DNA from: Acidimicrobiia bacterium
GTDB lineage: Bacteria > Actinomycetota > Acidimicrobiia > Spongiisociales > JAHEDJ01
NCBI GenBank assembly: GCA_029210695.1
Contig: JARGFH010000009.1
Span: 1 to 64,000, forward strand
Direction: 5' to 3'
DNA length: 64,000 bases
Of this stretch, positions 21,908-32,350 are shown in pieces; positions within the stretch are counted from its first letter, which is position 1, and every line of letters starts with the position of its first letter. Below the pieces are notes generated by a model. The model was not told the origin of the DNA and searched no databases. It saw nothing but the letters and a program-made list of their open reading frames with translations. The translations under genes and the position numbers were made by a program.

Positions 21908-22310
21908 AATCTAAGCAGATCATCTTGCGCCGATTCGCCAGCTGGCTCGTCCGCTTGACGAGAAAACATGAGGAGCAGACGAACTCATCGACCTGCGCCT
22001 GCTGGGCATCGATATTCATCGTCAATTCCTCTCGACGAATCGCCCGCAGCTCGGCAACCTCATCGATGAGCAGCGCTTCGGCCACTTCGTCGTCCAGCAA
22101 CTCGAGTTCCTCGGCTTCGAGTTCGTCGAGCGCTTCGGTCTCCGTCTCGATCTCCGTCTCGTCGTCTTCGTCGTCGATGACCTCGTCGTCGACGATGTCA
22201 TCCACCTCGCTCACCACGTCTTCATCGAGGTCCGCATCCTCATCAAAGTCCTCTTCGACGTCGTCTTCGAGTACTTCGTCGGGGTCTGTCAAAACATCAT
22301 CCTGTGCCAT
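21897..22310 (-). CDS. DUF4193 family protein
   Basis: Acidic N-terminus plus DEFVCSSCFLVK..SQL...CLDC. Confidence 0.8.
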   Translation of the reverse strand: MAQDDVLTDPDEVLEDDVEEDFDEDADLDEDVVSEVDDIVDDEVIDDEDDETEIETETEALDELEAEELELLDDEVAEALLIDEVAELRAIRREELTMNIDAQQAQVDEFVCSSCFLVKRTSQLANRRKMICLDCAS

Positions 22311-22417
22311 GGCCTCTTCCATCGAGCGGCCGGAGTATAGGTTGCTGAGCCGGGTCCGTGACGCCACGGGCGATTTCGTTCCGGCCGCCGGCTCGAGGCA
22401 GTATCGACCGGTGAACG

Positions 22418-23302
22418 TCAGATCTTGAATTCGATGGCATTTGGCACCATATACGCCTTGAGGGGAGTCATGCCCAGTGGCTCACCGTCGACCTCGACCG
22501 GCCATGGGATCTCCGTCTCGATCGAGACAGAGGCCGCCGGCATCCGGTGAACACCGGGGTGGTTCCCGTGCATGCCCACCTTGATCTTCCGGAACAGCGG
22601 AACGGCAGACCTGCGCAACACCGAAAACGCCTGAACATCGAGCTTGCCGTCCCGGAGTGAGGCTCGAGGAGCGATATTGAGCCCTCCTCCGAAGAACTGA
22701 CCGTTAGCCGCCACGACTGCCAGTGCGGGGCCTTCGAAAGACCTCAACCCCGCCTCGATCTTGACCATGGCCGGCCGAAAACGCGGCAAGGTAGCCCAGA
22801 AAGCGATCTGGTACTTGGCAGCGCCGATGCGACGCGGAAGTCGCTCGGCGATTCCTGCCGTCGCAGCTCCCAGTCCAGCCTGAACCTCGTTGATGAAAGC
22901 ACGCTTGCCCCAGGAGCCCTCTGCGATGCCGACATCGACCGGATAGGTGCGCTCACCAACAAGATGGGCGGCAGCCTCTTCGAGTCGCTGCGGCAACGCG
23001 AACGTCCTGGCGAAATCGGAACCGGTCCCCGACGGCAATAACCCAACAACGGGCGGCGCGCTCCAAGTCCTCTGCATCAGGGCATCGACAACCACGTTGA
23101 GGGTGCCGTCTCCTCCTACAACGGCGAAACGGGTCCAGCCCGCGGCAGCGGCGGAAAGGGTCTGCTCTCGCATCGCCTCGATTCCGTCCGGGGATTCGGC
23201 ATCTGACTCGAGTCCAAATGCGGTCAAAGCGTCGCGGGCCCGGTCCTCGAGGCGACGCCGGTCACCTGCCCGGGCGTTGACCATCACTTTCCAGGCCGTC
23301 AT
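22418..23302 (-). CDS. Diacylglycerol/lipid kinase family protein
   Basis: GGDGTL, PSGTGSDFA, NGQFFGGG, VDGE. Confidence 0.9.
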   Translation of the reverse strand: MTAWKVMVNARAGDRRRLEDRARDALTAFGLESDAESPDGIEAMREQTLSAAAAGWTRFAVVGGDGTLNVVVDALMQRTWSAPPVVGLLPSGTGSDFARTFALPQRLEEAAAHLVGERTYPVDVGIAEGSWGKRAFINEVQAGLGAATAGIAERLPRRIGAAKYQIAFWATLPRFRPAMVKIEAGLRSFEGPALAVVAANGQFFGGGLNIAPRASLRDGKLDVQAFSVLRRSAVPLFRKIKVGMHGNHPGVHRMPAASVSIETEIPWPVEVDGEPLGMTPLKAYMVPNAIEFKI

Positions 23303-25836
23303 TGTTGTCCTCCTGCCGCGACCACGCCACGATCGACGGTCCGAATCGCTTCTCGAGCCAGACTCGCCAGGGCCGGGAACCCGTCCCTGAGCTGCCGGAG
23401 CAAGTCGAGCACTTGCCGCAGATTACGCACGAAGTCCCCTGCCGCGACGTCCTCGTCCTCGAGAACATCCTCGAGCGTAGCCCCGGAAGCCCAGGCAAAT
23501 ACCGTGTCGGCGTATCCCGGTTCGGGTCGACGCGTGGGTTTCAGGCGCCGGTTGGACTCTTCCTCGGTCAGAACCCGCCACGTTCGTTCGATCGCCTTCC
23601 AGCTGTCGCCGAACCGGACCGTTGGGGCCCGAAATCCCTCTCCGGCTCCGCGCGGGTCGTAGACGAATACGGACACCACGGCTGCCAGCTCGGCTGCCGA
23701 CAACCCGTCGAAGACTCCTGTGCGAATCGATTCGGCCAGCAAGAGGTCCAATTCGTTGTAGACGATCCGAAGCCGCTCCCCCGCTTCACTGAGGCTCCAG
23801 CCGCGCACGTATCCCCGTGCCTCGAGGAGATCCAGGATCGAATCGAATTCCTCGATCAAATCCGACTCGCCGGCCCCCAGCCGCTTGCGCCTGCGAGCCA
23901 GGTCTTTCTCCAGCCGCAAAGCCTTCTGCGCAGTCCGAACGTGCTCGGTGACATCAGGGCACGCAGACACAGGATGCCCGCCTGCACGCTCCGATATGGT
24001 CCAACCGAGCACCTCTTCGACCTCGGGTTCAAAACCCTGTAGAAGGCGACCGACGCGATGATGGAATCGTTGATCCTTAGGACGGTACGGCTGCGGAAGC
24101 CGCACGCGGCCGAGGCGGGCTGTTCCGGGAGCGAGGTCGCGGAGGCGAATCCTCCGCAGCTTGCCGGTATCGCTCACGACAACGATCCGTGGGTCGGCGG
24201 ACCGCCACCGATCACGCTGCAGAACAACGGTACGATCTCTTCCCCGGTCACCGAACTGTTCGATCACGTCACCGGCCTCGAGGTCCAACACACCGCGCTC
24301 GGACCGTGCAGGCGCCTCCCCTGCCAACCCCACGAACTCGAACACGTCGCCGCGTTCACAAGCGGCCCGGGACCGCAATTGGGCGAGCTCTGCTTCGAGC
24401 CTATCGATGGATTCCTTCGCCGCTTTCGCAGAACTACGCCGCTGGAATTGGGCAAACGAGGACTCGAGCAAGCGCTCCGCCTCAACCTGTGGGTAGTTGG
24501 CAACGAGATTGGCAGCCATGTTGTAGGTGGGACGGAAGCTCGATCGGAGTGGATGCGCTCCCATCCCGGCGATTGAGGAGACCCGATCGAAACCGACAAA
24601 CGGGGAGTAGAGCGAGATCCCGTAACCGTGATCGTCGATTCCACGCCGTCCGGCCCGGCCGGTGAGCTGGGTGTAATCACCCGATCGAAGCAGCTCGTGC
24701 GTTTCTCCGTTGAACTTGCTCATGCTCTCCAGCACAACCGTCCTGGCCGGCATGTTGATGCCGAGCGCCAGCGTCTCAGTGGCGAACACCACTTTGACCA
24801 GACCCGCCGCGAAGGCCTCCTCGACGCTCTCCTTGAAAGCCGGCACCATTCCTGCGTGATGAGCTGCGACGCCCGACTCCAACTGGGCCACCCATCGTTC
24901 GTATCCGAGCGCCTGCAGGTCCCGGGTGGCCAGATGTGCCGTCCGGCGCTCGACGATCTCCCGCAACGACTGGCTATCACCATCGCCGCCCAGTCGAAGA
25001 CCGGCAGAAGCCAGAGTGGCGGCGGCACTGTCGCACCCTGCTCTACTGAAGATGAAGTAGATCGCGGGCAGCATCTCGGCCCGGGCGAGTTGGTCAACGA
25101 CGTCGAACCTGCGAGGAGTCACGAATCTCCGGCGCCGCCCCTTGCGCTGGCTGAGGAGTCGCTCGATCGCGTGGTTGGGGCGTTTTGCCCCGTCGCCGAC
25201 AAACATCGGGAAGAGTTTGAGAGGGTCTTCTGCCCAGAGGTCCTTGAGGAAATAAAGGCTCTCGAGCGGAACGGGACGCTCGGACTCAACCACCAGCGAT
25301 GTCGGGCCTCGCCGCTCTCTCACCCAGTCGGCCAGTTCCCCCGCATTCGCAATCGTGGCCGAGAGGCAGACCAGCCGGATCTGCGGAGGGGCGTGGATGA
25401 TGATCTCTTCCCAGACCGGGCCACGAACCTGATCCTGTAGGTAGTGGACTTCGTCGAGCACGACGCTTTCGACGTCGACCAGCCCGGGAGTTTCCTGGTA
25501 GATCATGTTCCGCAGCACTTCGGTCGTCATCACAACCACCGGGGCATCGCCGTTGATGGAGTTGTCTCCGGTCAGCAATCCGACTCGTTTCTCGCCGTAG
25601 ACGGCGACGAACTCGGCGAACTTCTGGTTGCTCAGAGCTTTGATCGGGGTCGTGTAGAACGCCCGCTTGCCGCGTTCGACGGCTCGGTAGACCGCCGCCT
25701 CCGCGATCAGAGTCTTGCCTGCTCCGGTCGGCGCAGACACGACAACGGATTCGTTGCGCTCGAGTATTTCGAAGGCCTGGCGTTGAAAACGATCCGGAGT
25801 GAAGTCCAACTGCGATATGTACGCGCCCAGACTCAT
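23299..25836 (-). CDS. helY: DEAD/DEAH-box (Ski2-like) helicase HelY
   Basis: APTGAGKT, TPIKALSNQK, DEVH, LSAT, HHAG, ATETLALGINMPA, GRAGRRG. Confidence 0.93.
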   Translation of the reverse strand: MSLGAYISQLDFTPDRFQRQAFEILERNESVVVSAPTGAGKTLIAEAAVYRAVERGKRAFYTTPIKALSNQKFAEFVAVYGEKRVGLLTGDNSINGDAPVVVMTTEVLRNMIYQETPGLVDVESVVLDEVHYLQDQVRGPVWEEIIIHAPPQIRLVCLSATIANAGELADWVRERRGPTSLVVESERPVPLESLYFLKDLWAEDPLKLFPMFVGDGAKRPNHAIERLLSQRKGRRRRFVTPRRFDVVDQLARAEMLPAIYFIFSRAGCDSAAATLASAGLRLGGDGDSQSLREIVERRTAHLATRDLQALGYERWVAQLESGVAAHHAGMVPAFKESVEEAFAAGLVKVVFATETLALGINMPARTVVLESMSKFNGETHELLRSGDYTQLTGRAGRRGIDDHGYGISLYSPFVGFDRVSSIAGMGAHPLRSSFRPTYNMAANLVANYPQVEAERLLESSFAQFQRRSSAKAAKESIDRLEAELAQLRSRAACERGDVFEFVGLAGEAPARSERGVLDLEAGDVIEQFGDRGRDRTVVLQRDRWRSADPRIVVVSDTGKLRRIRLRDLAPGTARLGRVRLPQPYRPKDQRFHHRVGRLLQGFEPEVEEVLGWTISERAGGHPVSACPDVTEHVRTAQKALRLEKDLARRRKRLGAGESDLIEEFDSILDLLEARGYVRGWSLSEAGERLRIVYNELDLLLAESIRTGVFDGLSAAELAAVVSVFVYDPRGAGEGFRAPTVRFGDSWKAIERTWRVLTEEESNRRLKPTRRPEPGYADTVFAWASGATLEDVLEDEDVAAGDFVRNLRQVLDLLRQLRDGFPALASLAREAIRTVDRGVVAAGGQQ

Positions 25837-26543
25837 TTGCGCAGGGTCCACCTGATCAGCCAGATCGTTATCTCATACAGCAGGTAAAGGGGTCCGCTCA
25901 GCAGGAGCAGCGTGTAGGGATCTCCGGTCGGCGTCACCACCGCGGCCACGATGACGATGATGGTGATTGCCCACCGGCGTGACCCGGCCAGCTTCTCCGA
26001 GGTGATCAGACCTGCTGCGGCGGCGGCGTAGAGGAACACCGGGAACTCAAACGAGAGCCCGAACACGAGCATCACCATGGTTACGAACTTCAAGTACTCC
26101 GTTATCTGCAGCCGGAACTCGACCTCGAGCACGGAGGCAAAGAATTCGAGGCCGCGCGGCAGAATCCAGTATGCGAACACGACGCCGCCCAGAAAGAGGA
26201 TGACAAGAGCGGTGACGATTGGAATCGTCCAGCGGCGCTCCCGGGGGCTCAACGCAGGGTTGATGAACGCCCAGATTTGATACAGCAGGATCGGGCTGGC
26301 CAGCAACACCCCACCGAAGAACGCGATCCGCATCGCAGCCCCGAATGCTTCTGTTGGCTTCAGGGCTATCAGCTCCCCGGCCCCGCCGATGTCCCGGTAG
26401 GGCTGGACCAACACGTCGAGAATCCAGTCGCGGAAGACGAAGGCGACGATCGACGTGATGAGGAGGACAACTGCCGACTTGACGACCCGCCAGCGGAACT
26501 CCTCGAGGTGTTCGAGAATGGTCTGTCGGCGCTCGTCGTTCAA
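25833..26543 (-). CDS. tatC: Twin-arginine translocase subunit TatC
   Basis: EHLEEFR, YQIWAFINPAL, SFEFP, VTPTGDP; TTG start overlapping tatB stop. Confidence 0.95.
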   Translation of the reverse strand: MNDERRQTILEHLEEFRWRVVKSAVVLLITSIVAFVFRDWILDVLVQPYRDIGGAGELIALKPTEAFGAAMRIAFFGGVLLASPILLYQIWAFINPALSPRERRWTIPIVTALVILFLGGVVFAYWILPRGLEFFASVLEVEFRLQITEYLKFVTMVMLVFGLSFEFPVFLYAAAAAGLITSEKLAGSRRWAITIIVIVAAVVTPTGDPYTLLLLSGPLYLLYEITIWLIRWTLRK

Positions 26544-26977
26544 TCCGGCTCCCCGTCGAGCAGGTCCTCGCCGGATTCGATTCGATCCAAATCCTCCAAT
26601 GCATCGCCCGGTGTCGGCCCCGAGTCGGCAACAGGTCCCACCCAATCGGCCGACGCAAGCTGTTCGACCTCCTTCAGGTCGTCCTTGAGTTGGTCGAGCG
26701 GCTCGGCGAGGTCCTTCTTCATTGCTTCGACGGGACCCTGGATCTCCTTCTTGAGGTCCTGCATCGGACCAATCAGATCCTGGGTGATCTCCTTGAGAGG
26801 CTCATTGATTGCCGATACCTCGCGTTCGATGCCCCGGCGGAACTCACGGGAGATCGTTCGCAGTTCGCGCGCCCACTTGCCTGCCGTTCTACTGATCTCA
26901 GGCAGCCGTTTTGGGCCAAAGGCGATCAGCACGACCAGACCGATGACGGCGAACTCGGTTAGAGAGACATCAGGCAT
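26540..26977 (-). CDS. tatB: Twin-arginine translocase TatA/TatB family subunit
   Basis: E..VIGLVVLIAFGPKRLPE, amphipathic helix, acidic tail. Confidence 0.8.
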   Translation of the reverse strand: MPDVSLTEFAVIGLVVLIAFGPKRLPEISRTAGKWARELRTISREFRRGIEREVSAINEPLKEITQDLIGPMQDLKKEIQGPVEAMKKDLAEPLDQLKDDLKEVEQLASADWVGPVADSGPTPGDALEDLDRIESGEDLLDGEPD

Positions 26978-27088
26978 ATGCACATGCTAGGAGGATCGTG
27001 CGCCTGGTCGACGCGAAGATGAGCGGAATCACATGGAAGGGACGGCCGGCCCACCAACCGGATCCCCGAAGGCTCGAGAACCTGTCGG

Positions 27089-27379
27089 TCAGGTGGCGAG
27101 GAGGCGGACGAGGTCTTCTTCGTCGCGCAGTGCTACGGCAAATGCGGCGATCTCGTCTTCTGTGATCGGATCTGTCGGGAGCACGTCGTAGGCGACGCCG
27201 GTGGCGAGCAGCACACTCACGACTCGAGCGTTCGCCGGGCGCCGCTGGATGTGATCGCAGGCCGGGCATGTGAACCGGTAGTTTCCTGCATCTTTCATCG
27301 GGTCGAGTTCGAGTCGCAGATCCTTGGGATGCAGCTCGATGTCTCCGCACAGCCGACAGGTGGTTTTGATGGTGGTCAT
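27089..27379 (-). CDS. Small zinc-ribbon protein of unknown function
   Basis: MTTIKTTCRLCGD...YRFTCPAC..., two CxxC pairs; GGAG RBS. Confidence 0.8.
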   Translation of the reverse strand: MTTIKTTCRLCGDIELHPKDLRLELDPMKDAGNYRFTCPACDHIQRRPANARVVSVLLATGVAYDVLPTDPITEDEIAAFAVALRDEEDLVRLLAT

Positions 27380-27414
27380 CTTGTTGGGTTCTCCGCAACC
27401 GCTTGTTGCCAGAG

Positions 27415-27443
27415 ATATCGGTGATAGACAGCTGAAACTGAAG
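27415..27443 (-). promoter_or_regulatory. Putative sigma28 (FliA/WhiG)-type promoter
   Basis: CTTCAG-N15-ACCGATAT, 35 nt upstream of the zinc-ribbon gene. Confidence 0.45.
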
Positions 27444-27553
27444 AGGTTTCGCGAAGCCATTCGGGGAAGCCATCCGACTCGGACCCGCCTCGGCGCGGCT
27501 CACACCCTGGTCGGCAGGTCTTGAGTTCCGGCCGAGGCCGGTACGCCCCGGCG

Positions 27554-28483
27554 CTACGCCGGGGCGTACCGGGTGAGGATGCGGCTGCGCAAATCGGCGA
27601 GCGCTTCGGCAACGCCGGGGCCTTCAACTAGTGCGGCCTCGCTCCCGAGCCTGAGCAGGAGTCGTGCGATCACTGCAACATCGCTGGCCGAGAACCTGAT
27701 GACGAGGCTGGACTCGAGATCTTCGACGACCTCGATCGGGTAATACTCTGCCACCCAGCGAGCCCGGTTGGTAAGGCGGATGGTGGCGCGTACGTCATCC
27801 TCACCCGGCAGGTACCGCACTTCCACCGGTGGGGGGTCCTCAGGCGGAACGAATGCCTCGTCTGTGACCTCCGCCCGACGGATCCGATCAACCCGGAAGA
27901 TGCGCTCTCCCCCTGCCGTTCGGCAGTAGGCAGACAGATACCAGTTACCGAGGGCCGAAGCGACACTCCAGGGTTCAACCGATCGAGCCTTCGTCTCGCC
28001 TTTGCCGAGGGAGGAGTAAACGATGTCGACGACCCGGCCGCCGGCCGCCGCCGTGCGGAGCAGACCGACCAGCTCCGGTTCGCCGGATACATCTACCGCC
28101 AGTACCTCTCCGCCCTCAGGGGTGAGCGCGGTGCTGAGCTTCTCAACCGCCCGTTCGAGCGCCGGTGGGGCCTGACCGCTGCTGATCAACGCCAGTCCGG
28201 CCGCCAGCAGTCCCAGCCCTTCTGCCGGGGTGAGTCGGAGCGGTCTTGCGAAGTAATCCGCCATATCGACGATCACCTCGTCGTCCTCCACGTACGCGAC
28301 CATGAGGTCACCGGGCCCGTATCCCGGAAGTCCGCACACGAAGACGAGGTCCAGGTCGGCGATCAGGTCCCTTCTGGAATAGCCGAACCGGTCGCAGACT
28401 TCATCAACCGCGGTACCGGGGTTGGCGATCACCCACGGGAGCATGGAGAGGATCCTGTTCAGTCGCTGCGCAGTGCGGGTCAT
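27554..28483 (-). CDS. pafC: WYL-domain transcriptional regulator PafC
   Basis: RILSMLPW, CGLPGYGPGDL, PLRLTPAE, WYLSAYC, RIFRVDRI. Confidence 0.92.
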   Translation of the reverse strand: MTRTAQRLNRILSMLPWVIANPGTAVDEVCDRFGYSRRDLIADLDLVFVCGLPGYGPGDLMVAYVEDDEVIVDMADYFARPLRLTPAEGLGLLAAGLALISSGQAPPALERAVEKLSTALTPEGGEVLAVDVSGEPELVGLLRTAAAGGRVVDIVYSSLGKGETKARSVEPWSVASALGNWYLSAYCRTAGGERIFRVDRIRRAEVTDEAFVPPEDPPPVEVRYLPGEDDVRATIRLTNRARWVAEYYPIEVVEDLESSLVIRFSASDVAVIARLLLRLGSEAALVEGPGVAEALADLRSRILTRYAPA

Positions 28484-29403
28484 CCGGCGCCCTCCACCCG
28501 TTGCATGAGCCTGGCCCGAAGTTCGGCAGGTGCCAGCACCTCCGCCTTTTCTTCGAATGCCAGCAGCCATCCAATGAACGCGTCCTCATTAGCCACATCG
28601 AGCCGGGCTGTGATCGATCCGTCATCGTGGTGTTCGCGCCCGGCATTCGAGGGGAGCTGTCGCTCCGCCCACCAGGCGACATCGGAATCGAACTGCACCT
28701 CCGCCCGGACATCACCTTCTCCTGCCTCCCATGGCGCCTTGGGGAGCGCTTGAGCCGCATTGAACCCAACCGGGCGTTCGAACGTTCCCGGCGCCGAGCC
28801 GACTGCCATGTTGGCGGTCCGGTCGATGCGAAAGGCCTTCACCGCCTCTTCAGATTCCTTACCTACCACGTACCAGTGCCCGCGCTGGTGCACCAGACCG
28901 TACGGGTGGATGCGGCGGTGGCGTTCCCGATAATCAAATTCGAGGGCAGACCGATCCGCTACCGCCTGGAACGCCGTTGAGAGGTCGGTCGACCCGAGCC
29001 CGAGCTCGGCCGCCAGCGGCTCGCCACCACCTGAGAACGGGATGCCACCCAGTTTCAGAATCGCCTCCGGGCCCTGTGGTTGTCCGCCCAGCCGGACGAT
29101 CTGCGCGGCCAGCCACAGCGCGGTGCGTTCTTCGTCCGTCAGTCCCGGATCATCGAGCTGATACTCCTCGGGTGGCAGGACGTACCCGAATTCGATCTCC
29201 CAAATGTCGGTCGGCTGCAGTGAGATGGGAATCCCCATCTCACGCAAGAGCTCCTTGTCTCGCTCGAACATCCGGTGGAAGGCTTCATCCGTCTTTTCCT
29301 CGTACCCGGCCACGGTATAGCGAATCTCATCCGCTGAAACGGGGCGATCCGCGGTCAGCAGGCAAGCGAGCAGGTTCAGTAGGCGTTCGAGCACGTTCTT
29401 CAT
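28480..29403 (-). CDS. pafB: WYL-domain transcriptional regulator PafB
   Basis: ERLLNL, RMFERDK.LLR.MGIP, WYVVG, FRIDR. Confidence 0.92.
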   Translation of the reverse strand: MKNVLERLLNLLACLLTADRPVSADEIRYTVAGYEEKTDEAFHRMFERDKELLREMGIPISLQPTDIWEIEFGYVLPPEEYQLDDPGLTDEERTALWLAAQIVRLGGQPQGPEAILKLGGIPFSGGGEPLAAELGLGSTDLSTAFQAVADRSALEFDYRERHRRIHPYGLVHQRGHWYVVGKESEEAVKAFRIDRTANMAVGSAPGTFERPVGFNAAQALPKAPWEAGEGDVRAEVQFDSDVAWWAERQLPSNAGREHHDDGSITARLDVANEDAFIGWLLAFEEKAEVLAPAELRARLMQRVEGAG

Positions 29404-29485
29404 GACAACGACAGAGTACGGCGAGCGCCGCGGACTAGGAAGGATCTCGTGGAAGAGCTACCAGGTACCCGATCCGACCGGTGAC

Positions 29486-30841
29486 TCAGAGGCTCTCGAT
29501 CAACTTGTCGACCCGCTCATCTTGCGACTTGAACGGGTCCTTGCAGAGAACGGTTCGCTGAGCTTGATCGTTGAGCTTCAGGTGTACCCAGTCGACTGTG
29601 AAGTCGCGCTTCTTCTCTTTGGCGGCGCGAATGAACTCTCCGCGCAATCGCGCCCTAGTCGTCTGGGGTGCCTGTCTCCTGGCTTCGTCAATAGCCCGAT
29701 CCGTCACCACCCTGTCGGCAAAACCGCGGCGCTGGAGGAGGTAGTAGAGACCGCGCGATCGGTTTACGTCGTGATAGCTGAGATCGATCATCGCCAGGCG
29801 CGAGCTCGACAGCGGCAGGTGATGCCGCTCGCGAAACCGCTCGATGATGTGATACTTCATGACCCAGTCGACCTCACGGTCGAGACGAAGCGGATCCTTT
29901 TCGAGATTCGTCAAGAGGTGTTCCCACATCTCGACTGCGAGTTGCACGGGAGCCGGGAACCCCACAGTGCGCGAGTAGCGCATGGCCCGATCGAAGTACT
30001 CCCACTGAACATCGAGCGCAGTGAGTTCACGACCGTTGTGTAGGCGGATCGGACGCCTGCACGTTATGTCGTGGCTGATCTCCCGAATGGCCCTGATGGG
30101 GTTCTCGAGCGTGAGATCGCGAAATACGACATCGTCCTCGAGCATCTGAAGTATGGCGGCCACCGTCCCCACTTTCACGAACGTGGCGTATTCCGACATA
30201 TTGGAGTCGCCGGCTATTACATGGAGCCTGCGATACCGCTCTGCGTCGGCGTGCGGTTCGTCCCGGGTGTTGATGATCGGTCGGCTGCGCGTCGTTGCCG
30301 AAGACACTCCTTCCCAGATGTGCTCGGCCCGTTGCGCAATGGAGAAGGTCGTTCCGCGAGCGGTCTGGAGCAACTTGCCTGCCCCCGAGAAGATCTGCCG
30401 GGTCACCAGAAAAGGAATGAGGGTGTCGACGGTTCGCTGGAAATCACCGTGCCGGCTGATCAGGTAGTTCTCGTGACATCCATAGGAGTTGCCGGCCGAG
30501 TCTGTGTTGTTCTTGAAGAGGTGGATCTCGCCTTTGATCCCTTCCTCCTCGAGGCGTTCCTCGGCTGCGAACACGAGTTCTTCGAGGATCCGTTCCCCCG
30601 CCTTGTCGTGGGCGATCAGGTCGTGGAGGTTGTCGCACTCCGGCGTCGCGTATTCAGGATGAGAACCTACGTCGAGGTACAGGCGAGATCCGTTTTCGAG
30701 GAACACGTTCGACGACCGTCCCCAGCTGACCACCCGCCGGAACAGATATCTGGCTACCTCGTCGGGACTGAGCCGGCGCTGGCCCTGCCACGTGCAGGTC
30801 ACCCCGTATTCGTTCTCGAGTCCGAAGATGCGGCGCTCCAC
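29486..30841 (-). CDS. pafA: Pup-protein ligase
   Basis: [47 protein letters not shown]. Confidence 0.98.
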   Translation of the reverse strand: MERRIFGLENEYGVTCTWQGQRRLSPDEVARYLFRRVVSWGRSSNVFLENGSRLYLDVGSHPEYATPECDNLHDLIAHDKAGERILEELVFAAEERLEEEGIKGEIHLFKNNTDSAGNSYGCHENYLISRHGDFQRTVDTLIPFLVTRQIFSGAGKLLQTARGTTFSIAQRAEHIWEGVSSATTRSRPIINTRDEPHADAERYRRLHVIAGDSNMSEYATFVKVGTVAAILQMLEDDVVFRDLTLENPIRAIREISHDITCRRPIRLHNGRELTALDVQWEYFDRAMRYSRTVGFPAPVQLAVEMWEHLLTNLEKDPLRLDREVDWVMKYHIIERFRERHHLPLSSSRLAMIDLSYHDVNRSRGLYYLLQRRGFADRVVTDRAIDEARRQAPQTTRARLRGEFIRAAKEKKRDFTVDWVHLKLNDQAQRTVLCKDPFKSQDERVDKLIESL

Positions 30842-30899
30842 GCGCTCAGCGTACAGCCCTCCTGGTTATCTGCGGGCGACACAGCAAGATGACCTGGGT

Positions 30900-31562
30900 T
30901 CAGTCGCTCAATTCATCCTCTGTGAGTCTTCGGAAGGTCCGACGCCCTAGCGCACGGTCCAGTACCGCTCCTTCCCAGCCTTCGATGTCGCGTCCGGCGG
31001 TGAGTGAGCGGAATGCGTCCTTGGCGAGCGCAAGAGCAGCTTCGAAGGGCAGCCCCTCCTCGTAGTTGCTGCGGAGGTGCGAGACCAGCTCGTCGGCCTG
31101 ACCACCGATCGCGCCGACACCGTGCTCATCCGAGAGGGTTCCGTCGTACAGCACTTTGAACATGTCGCTACCGTCGTCGGAGATCCCTACCAACAGAATC
31201 TCGACTTCATACGGCTTGATCTCGTGGATGAAGATATTGCCAAGCGTCTGGGCAAATGCGTTGGCCAGGCCCTTGACGTCGACGTCCGGGCGCCCGTACA
31301 TATAGCCCTTGACGTCTGCGTACCGGATGCCCGCCACCCGAAAGCTCTCGAACTCGTTGTAACGGCCGACGCCGGCAAAAGCGATGCGATCGTAGACCTC
31401 AGAGATCTTGTGAAGGGTTCCACTGGGGTTCTCAGCCAGGAGCAGCGCTCCCCCGGCAAACTCGAGAGCAACGATGCTCTTCCCCCTAGCAATACCCTTC
31501 CTGGCGTATTCGGCTCGATCCTTGACGAGTTGTTCCGGCGGAACGTACATCGGCATGCTCAT
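30900..31562 (-). CDS. prcA: 20S proteasome alpha subunit
   Basis: YVPPEQLVKDRAEYARKGIARG, KISEVYDRIAF. Confidence 0.96.
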   Translation of the reverse strand: MSMPMYVPPEQLVKDRAEYARKGIARGKSIVALEFAGGALLLAENPSGTLHKISEVYDRIAFAGVGRYNEFESFRVAGIRYADVKGYMYGRPDVDVKGLANAFAQTLGNIFIHEIKPYEVEILLVGISDDGSDMFKVLYDGTLSDEHGVGAIGGQADELVSHLRSNYEEGLPFEAALALAKDAFRSLTAGRDIEGWEGAVLDRALGRRTFRRLTEDELSD

Positions 31563-32350
31563 CTGACGGCCTCCAGTGCGGCGGAGGCAATCGGCTCGAC
31601 TCGGGCGTCGTCGAATTCGTCGTGCCCGGACGCGGTGACCGTCACCACCGTCGGGAAAATGGCGCGGCGCGGATCGGGGCCGGCAGTTGCCACGTCCTCC
31701 TCGGATGCCGCCACCAACGCTTCCATGGTGAGTTGAAGGGCTTCGGCTTCTTCGAGGTCGGGTGCATAGCGGTTGCGCAAGTACGAGCGTGCTTCCCGGG
31801 AGCCCGATCCGGTCGCTCCGAAGTCGTTCTCCTCATACCTTCCGCCTACAACATCGAATGTGAAGAGACGGCCCGTCTGATGGATTTCGTCGAAACCTGC
31901 AAAAAGCGGGACCACAACGAGTCCCTGGAAGGCCAGCGGAAGTTGCTGACGGACCATTCTGGCCAGGTATGTGGCTTTTCCGTCGAGACTCAGCCGGGAT
32001 CCTTCGAGCTTCTCGTAGTGTTCGAGTTCGGTCTGGAATAGCCGAACCATCTCGACCGCCAGGCCGGCCGTTCCGGAAATCGCAACCACGCTGAATCGAT
32101 CGGTGGGAAAGACCTTCTGCATCCGTCGATGCGCGACCGAGTGACCCTCGGTAGCCTGTCGATCGCCGATCATCACGACGCCGTCTTTGTAGCGGGCGGC
32201 GAGCACAGTCGTGGACTCCGGGGCTTCGATCCTGCTCATATCACCTTCGGCGGTCGGCCAGGTGGGTTCGAGATGGAGTGATTGGAGCAACTGGGTGAAT
32301 CCGGGGCCTCCCGCGATATCGAGTCCCCGTGGCATTAGCCGGTCGATCAC
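31559..32350 (-). CDS. prcB: 20S proteasome beta subunit
   Basis: Propeptide, then TTVLA..GDRQAT, ELEHYEKLEG, TGSGS. Confidence 0.96.
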   Translation of the reverse strand: MIDRLMPRGLDIAGGPGFTQLLQSLHLEPTWPTAEGDMSRIEAPESTTVLAARYKDGVVMIGDRQATEGHSVAHRRMQKVFPTDRFSVVAISGTAGLAVEMVRLFQTELEHYEKLEGSRLSLDGKATYLARMVRQQLPLAFQGLVVVPLFAGFDEIHQTGRLFTFDVVGGRYEENDFGATGSGSREARSYLRNRYAPDLEEAEALQLTMEALVAASEEDVATAGPDPRRAIFPTVVTVTASGHDEFDDARVEPIASAALEAVR

